This document shows, in pieces, positions 56,811 to 64,000 of a stretch of DNA of 64,000 bases. The notes under the pieces are model-generated. The model was not told the DNA's origin. It did not search any database and worked only from the letters and a program-made list of their open reading frames with translations. The position numbers and the translations under genes were made by a program. Position 1 is the first letter of the stretch. Each line of letters opens with the position of its first letter. Source of the DNA: the human T2T-CHM13v2.0 reference genome, Homo sapiens; the NCBI RefSeq assembly GCF_009914755.1, contig NC_060927.1, one strand, 5' to 3'.

Positions 56811-58519
56811 CTTGAAATAAAGAATTCTGAATTGTCATAGCATACATTGATTAGACAGAGAAATTATAAAATTTAAATAGGATTTTCTAGTACCAACCAG
56901 TGTGGTCATTAATATGCCATATTTATTAAACCATAGTTTGCAGCCTGCTGTAATAGGTATAATTGATTTTTAAAATAAAAGCATATGAATGAGAGAACAT
57001 AAAACTTTTGTCTCTGGGTAATTTATAATCCATTCTGTCAGAGATGGCAATGAGAAATATACACAGATTTTATTCCATTTTTTTATCAGTCTCTTATGTA
57101 GTCTGTATCGTAAACCTCGCTACGTATAGAGCAAAACATATGACTCAAGTAAATGCTTTCAGTATGTCATTATGAAATAGAAAATGAAATCTAGGCACTT
57201 TAATTTTGTGAATTTTTAATGTTATTTGATATCAGTCAGATCCTCAAAGTGAATAGTTCATTTTCCCAGAATACACTTTATGTTTTATTACCTTTCTGAC
57301 TTTTTAATGCTATTTTGTGTTCATTGTGCTATTCCAATGTCTACCTTTTCTCTACATTTCCAATTTTAATTGGTCATCATGGGTCAGTAGAAATACTTTT
57401 TTTGGTGATGGTTTTCTGATCCCTCAACCTATAGTATTCTCTTTTAACTTTGAACAGGCATCATACTTTTTCTCTTTTACTATTTGCTTTATACTAAATA
57501 AGTTTCATGAAAGTCTTATTTGTTACCAAAATGTAAGCTCCATATTGTCAGGGAGAGTATATTTTTTAGCTTTTTTTTTCAACTTTTATTTTAGAATTGT
57601 GGGTACATGTACAGATTTGTTACAAAGGTATATTGTGTGATTCTTAGGTTTGGAGTACAGAACAGAACATTTTCTAACTGTACCCCCTATGTAGTAACTG
57701 CAAAATGTAAGCATTATAATGCATAATTATTAGAAAATTATATTTATTGTCCACAAGACTTGAATGACTTACATAAATACATAGTTAATAAAAAAAACTA
57801 ATATTTTAAAATCACTACATTTTTAATGTGAAATATAAAGCTCAAAATTTCCTAGGCCCCTGGATGCATGCAATAAAATACACTGATCAAGAAATACGTG
57901 CTTTGACAAAAGAGCATTTATGTAAAGGAAAGAGAAAGATATAATGAATACATATTTATATTAATTTAGAAACCAAAAACTTTTGAGAATTGTTTTAACT
58001 CAAAATTCATTCAAAAATTAAAAGCAATACCACTACTCTTTTTGGGAACTGGAATATCTTAAAATCTGCAAATATTTGAGAAAGAATTATAATTCTATAT
58101 CTATCTCTCTCTATATATATATACACACACAGTAGTTACACATAAATATGTTTCATATATACACCTATATGTACTTATCTTATTTATAGTAAAATATATT
58201 TTCTATAACCTCTACAGCATAAAAAATGCTGTATTATAGTTATTGTGAACTAAAAAATTGAAAATTCAGTGCAATTGTCAGCGAGGTCCAGAAAGTTGGC
58301 AATCAGTAGAAAAAAGCACTCTAATGAACAACACAAACTATATTAAAATACCCTTTCTATATCTGGGAATCCAGAGACATTTAATGAACTAAAATTCATG
58401 TGTATTATTAATATTTTGATTTACAGAACTCATCCACTTCCCTGGTCCCCAGGCACGTGTAGTACAAGAACACCAATTTAATTAAGATAATGCTTATAAT
58501 TCAAGAGTCAAGTTGTTAC

Positions 58520-58566
58520 CTTTTACATTAATAAATTCTTGTTCAATAGATGCTATATATAAATTT
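58520..58566 (-). pseudogene. Candidate exon, 47 nt, open (NLYIASIEQEFINVK)
   Basis: Acceptor ttctctctttgttaaccttcAG, donor aag|GTaaca. Confidence 0.5.
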
Positions 58567-60084
58567 CTGAAGGTTAACAAAGAGAGAATTGTAAATAAAT
58601 TGCAAATATCGGGGCCTAGCGTTAAAAACATAATAATCTAGTGCTTCACGGTATTCCCATAGAGGAAGTTTCTTTCTTCTCTCAGGTTAGATGTATCAGA
58701 GGTTTTTACACCTTATAGGAAAATTACCCAGTTACAGTCATTGATAATAAATTAGAAAACTTGGTTATACAGAATTGATTAAATCACTTATTTTCCCCTT
58801 GGTTATTAGCTGCAAAATATCCCAATTCATACACAATCTTACTCATGGTTTTTTGGAAGATGAATTAGTGTTCATGAAATTCTTTGAGATTCAGAGATAA
58901 TGTTTTCAAATAAAATAGTTATATCACATTTAGATAATAGGAACTAGTGTTAAGAAAATTGGGATTAATTATTATTATAAAACTTCAAATTAGATATTCA
59001 AATGTATCAAGACACAGCCTGTAACATATACAAAATGAGATATTGTATAATATATGAAATTTCTAGAAAATATAACCACAGTGGTGTTAATAAAGCTTTG
59101 ATACACAAAATAGGTGTTAAAATGTAAAGGTGAAGTTAAGACTTTATAGACGACACAAGACCGATTAAGCCTATAATGTTATGCAACCCATACAATTTTA
59201 AAGGACAAAAGTCAAGAAATTTCAAAATAGTCATCCGCATCCTTATAATGTGGAAAGTCATTAAATGACTCCATGGGGGACCTTCAAGACCCTCCCTACA
59301 TTGCCCACTATACCTCTCTAACTGCTCATGGCCTCCTCATGCGGACCCTCTGTATGGCCAAGCAAGTATGCTGTTGTCTCTTCTCTCCGACTCCTACTCC
59401 TTTGTGACTTTCTTGACCTGTCATATGCTATTTTCCTCCCTGTCTCCTGGTATAACAATCCCTTTTTGTTGTCCATCCCTCTAAGATTGCCTCCCAAATT
59501 CTCAACTACCTGCAACTAATACTTCTAGACTTGCTGTATTCACTTGTTCTTACTGATTCGTGTCATTCACTTGGCCACCAGCATTTTTGCACATTTGTTA
59601 TATGAAAGGCACCATGACCCACCTGTCAAATGAAGTTGGGTTCCCCCTTAACTTACTTCATTGTACAAGTCACTTGGAAATCACTCTCAGTTCTTGTTTA
59701 TAAAATAAAAACACTCCTCAACTGCAGAAAAAAAGTCTCTTTTAATGTGTTATATTCCTAATCCTAACATATAATAAATAGTATATAAATATGTAATAAA
59801 CACATTCTTAATGAATGTGTTTATAATACTAATGGGAATAAACAAATATTTTAAAATATGAAACATATACTAGATTATCATTTCATTTCCTAGTCAAATG
59901 TAAAATCAAACACTCATAACCAGAGTAAAATTTTAAAATTCCAAAATTTTAATAATATACTTAATTTTAATATGAATATTCTTAAGGGGATATCATTAAT
60001 GAAAGGAAAGTATAGGAACTGATAGTGGTAATTATTTTGTTTCCTTATGTCTCATGGGTCATTAAAACAAGTCCTAATATTCAC

Positions 60085-60612
60085 TGTGATACATCCTTCC
60101 CATAAAATGAAATGAGCTATCAAGTTATGAAAAGACATGTAGGAACCCTAAATTTATAGTATTAAGTGAAAAAGATCAATCTGAAAAAGCCTACCTGCTT
60201 TATGATTCAACTACAAAACATCCTGGAAAAGGTAAAACCATGGATGTAATAAAAAGATTATTGGTTGCCAGGAGTTTAAAGGGAAAGAGGAACGAAGAGG
60301 TAGAGCACTCAGAATTGCTAGGACAGTAAGACGATTTTGTATGATACTATAATGGTGAATAAGTGTCATTAATGTATTTTCCAAAGCCATAGAAAACAGA
60401 CCAGCAAGAGTGAATCTTAATGTAAACTTTGAGTGTTAAGTGATAATGACATGTCAAGGTTGTTTCACTGATTGTAACATATGTACGTTGGTGTGAGATG
60501 GTAGTGGTGAAGGCTGTGCGTGTGTGGGGAAAAAGAGTACATGGGAACTCTGTCTTTTCTGTTAAATTTTGCTATGAATCTAAAACTTCTTTAAAAATTA
60601 AAGTCTATATTA
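60085..60612 (+). mobile_element. L1MC (L1MC1-like) 3' fragment
   Basis: Typical 3'UTR ending atgggaactctgt...taaaacttctttaaaaattaaagtctat. Confidence 0.8.
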
Positions 60613-61237
60613 AGACAAATAAGCACAATTATAGTAATTAAAATTGGTTTTAAAAAGACACGTAAAAGAAAAAATGGCACTGGCATCAGTGATATAATAA
60701 CAACTGCATGTGAAATTATTGATTTTTTTTTTGCTAACTTTCTGTTTTAATATATAGACTTAGTGAAGTGGACAATAGATTTGTTTCAAATCCTAGTTTT
60801 GGTGGGACAAAATGTCAACTAATGTAAAATAAAACTGACCAGGACGGTGCAAATGGTATAAAGCAAGCATTAACTTTACGCATTTATCTTCAGTTAAAGT
60901 TACTGCATACAAGTTACAAAGCAAACTTTTTATGATTAGAAATAATCATGTAATTTTAAGTCTACATAGCTTTAGTCCAGAAAAGTATTCATTCTCAGTT
61001 TAAGGAACACTGAAAGAGTGTCATCTCTCAACGAGAACAATTTGCTGCGGTGGGGAGATGTGATGAGTAGGGAAGGGGGACTGTTGAAATGATTAATACA
61101 GTTATCTCCACACAGTTATGTAGCTCTTTTGGGTTTTGAGAAACTCTACACTCAGATATCCTGTACAATTATGAGGAAGATTATCTTTCATTGGCACGGT
61201 GACTTCCTTTGAACTATTTTCGAGAAAGGCTGCTCCT

Positions 61238-61751
<514 letters not shown>

Positions 61752-62183
61752 CTATTCTATAAATCCTGCATACATTTAACATGCTGTAAAAGACAATTGA
61801 AAACATAAGCAGTTATAAAAAGTTAAAATAAGTAATATCCAAGCATACTCTAAATATAATGTATTTTGAGTTCTAATACTGAATATGAAAAATCAGACAA
61901 ACTAAACATAGGATGTCAATAAAGGGGAGGCTCCAAGACACACACGTTTTCTCCTCACAGGACTAGAATACTATTTTCAGCTGCTGCTTCCTCATCATCG
62001 GTCTATCACTCCCTTTTAAAACTCATGCCATGTACCTATTGTAGGCTTTTAAAAATGCATATTAACAACTATTCCTGTATCCCATTTTTTACTTTTAACC
62101 ACCAGTACTTTAAATCAAGATGAACCCTGGGGAATCTTCTAGATTTTTTTTCCCCAACATTTTTACAAACTCCTCAATGCTGA

Positions 62184-62816
62184 TGATATAGAGGGAGAAG
62201 AAAAGGAAGAATCAGTTAGGTACACAGTGAAGGCTGGTCCTTGGAGACGCAGCCTGCCAGAAAAATCACAGCTACAGGCAAAAATAGAGCAACTTGGGGA
62301 AAACTCAGGCTGCACCTGCACAGATAAGCAGGCAGGGCCCAGCACAAAAGCCTTTTGTTCTTTTTGTAATTGGCGGGCTCCCAGGAGAAAGTTTCCTCCC
62401 CTTTTCCGACATGTACGCTCTGGGCTCTGTGAGAACTTGCACAGGGAGGAGGTGGGCTTACCTAAAACAAACCCACAGTTATACAAACAAGAGAAGTGGC
62501 ACTTTTTGCTTACCTAGAGACATACTCACAACTACATAGATGAGGGGAAGTTTTGCAGACAGCTTTTCAGATAAGAGAAGTTACTCAAACAGCTACAGAG
62601 ATGAGAGGAGTTTCTTATAAAAGCTTTTGAATTCAACTGTAAAAATGGCAACCTACTCAGGCTCCCCTCTCCACTGCAGAGACTTTCTTCTTTAGCTTAT
62701 TAAACTTTCACTCCAACCTCACTCTTTGTGTCCATGCTCCTTATTTATCTTGGTCATGAGACAATGAGCTTGGATAACACCTTAGACAACAAGACCAGTG
62801 AACCTGGCCTGTTTCA
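62184..62816 (+). mobile_element. ERV1-class solo LTR (same family as 348-991)
   Basis: TG...CA ends, TATAAA and ATTAAA signals. Confidence 0.8.
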
Positions 62817-63164
62817 ATATCACTATTAGTTGTTTGGAGAATCAGCATTACATATTGTTTTAAGAGTGGAGGCCCCTTAAAAACGTCCCCCTACATCTCA
62901 AAACCAGAAAAAAAAAAAAAAAAAAAAAAAAAAACGTGTTGAGTCCTTCTCATGCTCGAGATTTCTTCTGCCTTTCTCTTCTATTGCCTCTCTGTCTTAT
63001 CGTTCTGCCTTCCTGTTTTACTATTAGGAACTCAGGTGATTACAGTGGTACTGCTCAGATTATCTCCCTATTTTCTCCCTGTTTTATGGTCAGTAATTAT
63101 TAGCTGTAATTGCATCTGCAAAGTTCCTTTACAGCAGTGTAATTAGTGTTTGACTGAATAACAT

Positions 63165-63613
63165 TGTGGTAAATGGAATTTTATCCCCAGAACCTGAAAA
63201 TGCATTACTTAACTTGGCAAAGGAAACTTTGCAGATGTGATTACGTTAATGATATTGAGAAAGGGAGATTATGATAGATTATGTTTGGGCCCAGGTTAAG
63301 AACAAGAATCTTCTAACAGAAAGAAGGAAACAGAGGGTCAGAGTCAGAGAAAGAATTGAAGTTGTTACACTGTTGGCTTTGAAGAAGGGGCCATGAGCTG
63401 ATGAATGCAGGTGGCTTTTAGAAGCTAGAAAAGGGTAGGGAACAATTCTCTCCTGGAGAATCTCCAAAAGGAATGCCAACACCTGCTAGAACCTTGGTTT
63501 TAGTCTAATAAAACTCAGTTTAGACATCTGATAGAGCTGTAAGGCAGTAAACTTATGGTGTTTTAAGCTACTAAATTTATGGTAATTGGTTATAACAACA
63601 AGAAACTAAAACA
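63165..63613 (+). mobile_element. MLT1D-like LTR nested in another degraded MLT1
   Basis: tgtgg...aaactaaaaca with TSD aacat/aatat; motifs ggaaactttgcagatgtgatta, tttaagctactaaatttatggtaatt. Confidence 0.82.
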
Positions 63614-64000
63614 AATATGTTTAGAATTCTGCCTCTACAACAAGCTTCTTTGAATTTATTACTGGTGGCCAGTAATCTTTTCTCCGCAAATAATCTAATA
63701 TAAAACAAAACAAAAAATAAATCTGGTTGTCAATATAGTAATGGCTAAATTAGCGTTCTAGTCACTGTGCTGAATATAGTATGCAATATTTCAATTAATT
63801 TCATATTAGCTTCAATTTTATTTTAAAAAACTGATAATCAGGGAATTTAGCAGTTATTGTCACACAGCTAATAAATGAAGAAACTAGGGTTTTTTAAACC
63901 AGATAATCTAACTCTGAATCTGCACAGTCTTAATCATGCAGCATAGCCCTAGTGGCTCTCCTACTTAAAACACTAATTTTTGTAGTTCTCTTGCCAAATT

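Overview
AT-rich, repeat-dense eukaryotic DNA of primate type (Alu, L1PA/PB/MA, LTR12/ERV9, THE1, MIR, L2); no intact protein-coding gene, RNA gene or CRISPR array is supported. Bases 1-15 kb are almost wall-to-wall nested retroelements: two minus-strand L1s, an LTR14-like solo LTR and an internally deleted ERV9 provirus with a perfect 4-bp TSD. The main observation is in the non-repeat islands from ~16.7 to ~58.6 kb. They hold about 20 minus-strand segments, mostly bounded by AG/GT splice signals. Many join in compatible phase and several are still open, which points to a decayed multi-exon gene (candidate unitary pseudogene). Its translation appears colinear with WDR81-type BEACH/WD40 proteins, judged by eye against a remembered sequence. 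Also notable: an L1PB with a ~75-79 bp flanking duplication, a twin-primed L1PA whose inverted piece comes from the 5'UTR, a ~95% identical local inverted duplication, and an AluY with no TSD. All repeat names and homologies are from visual recognition, not database searches.
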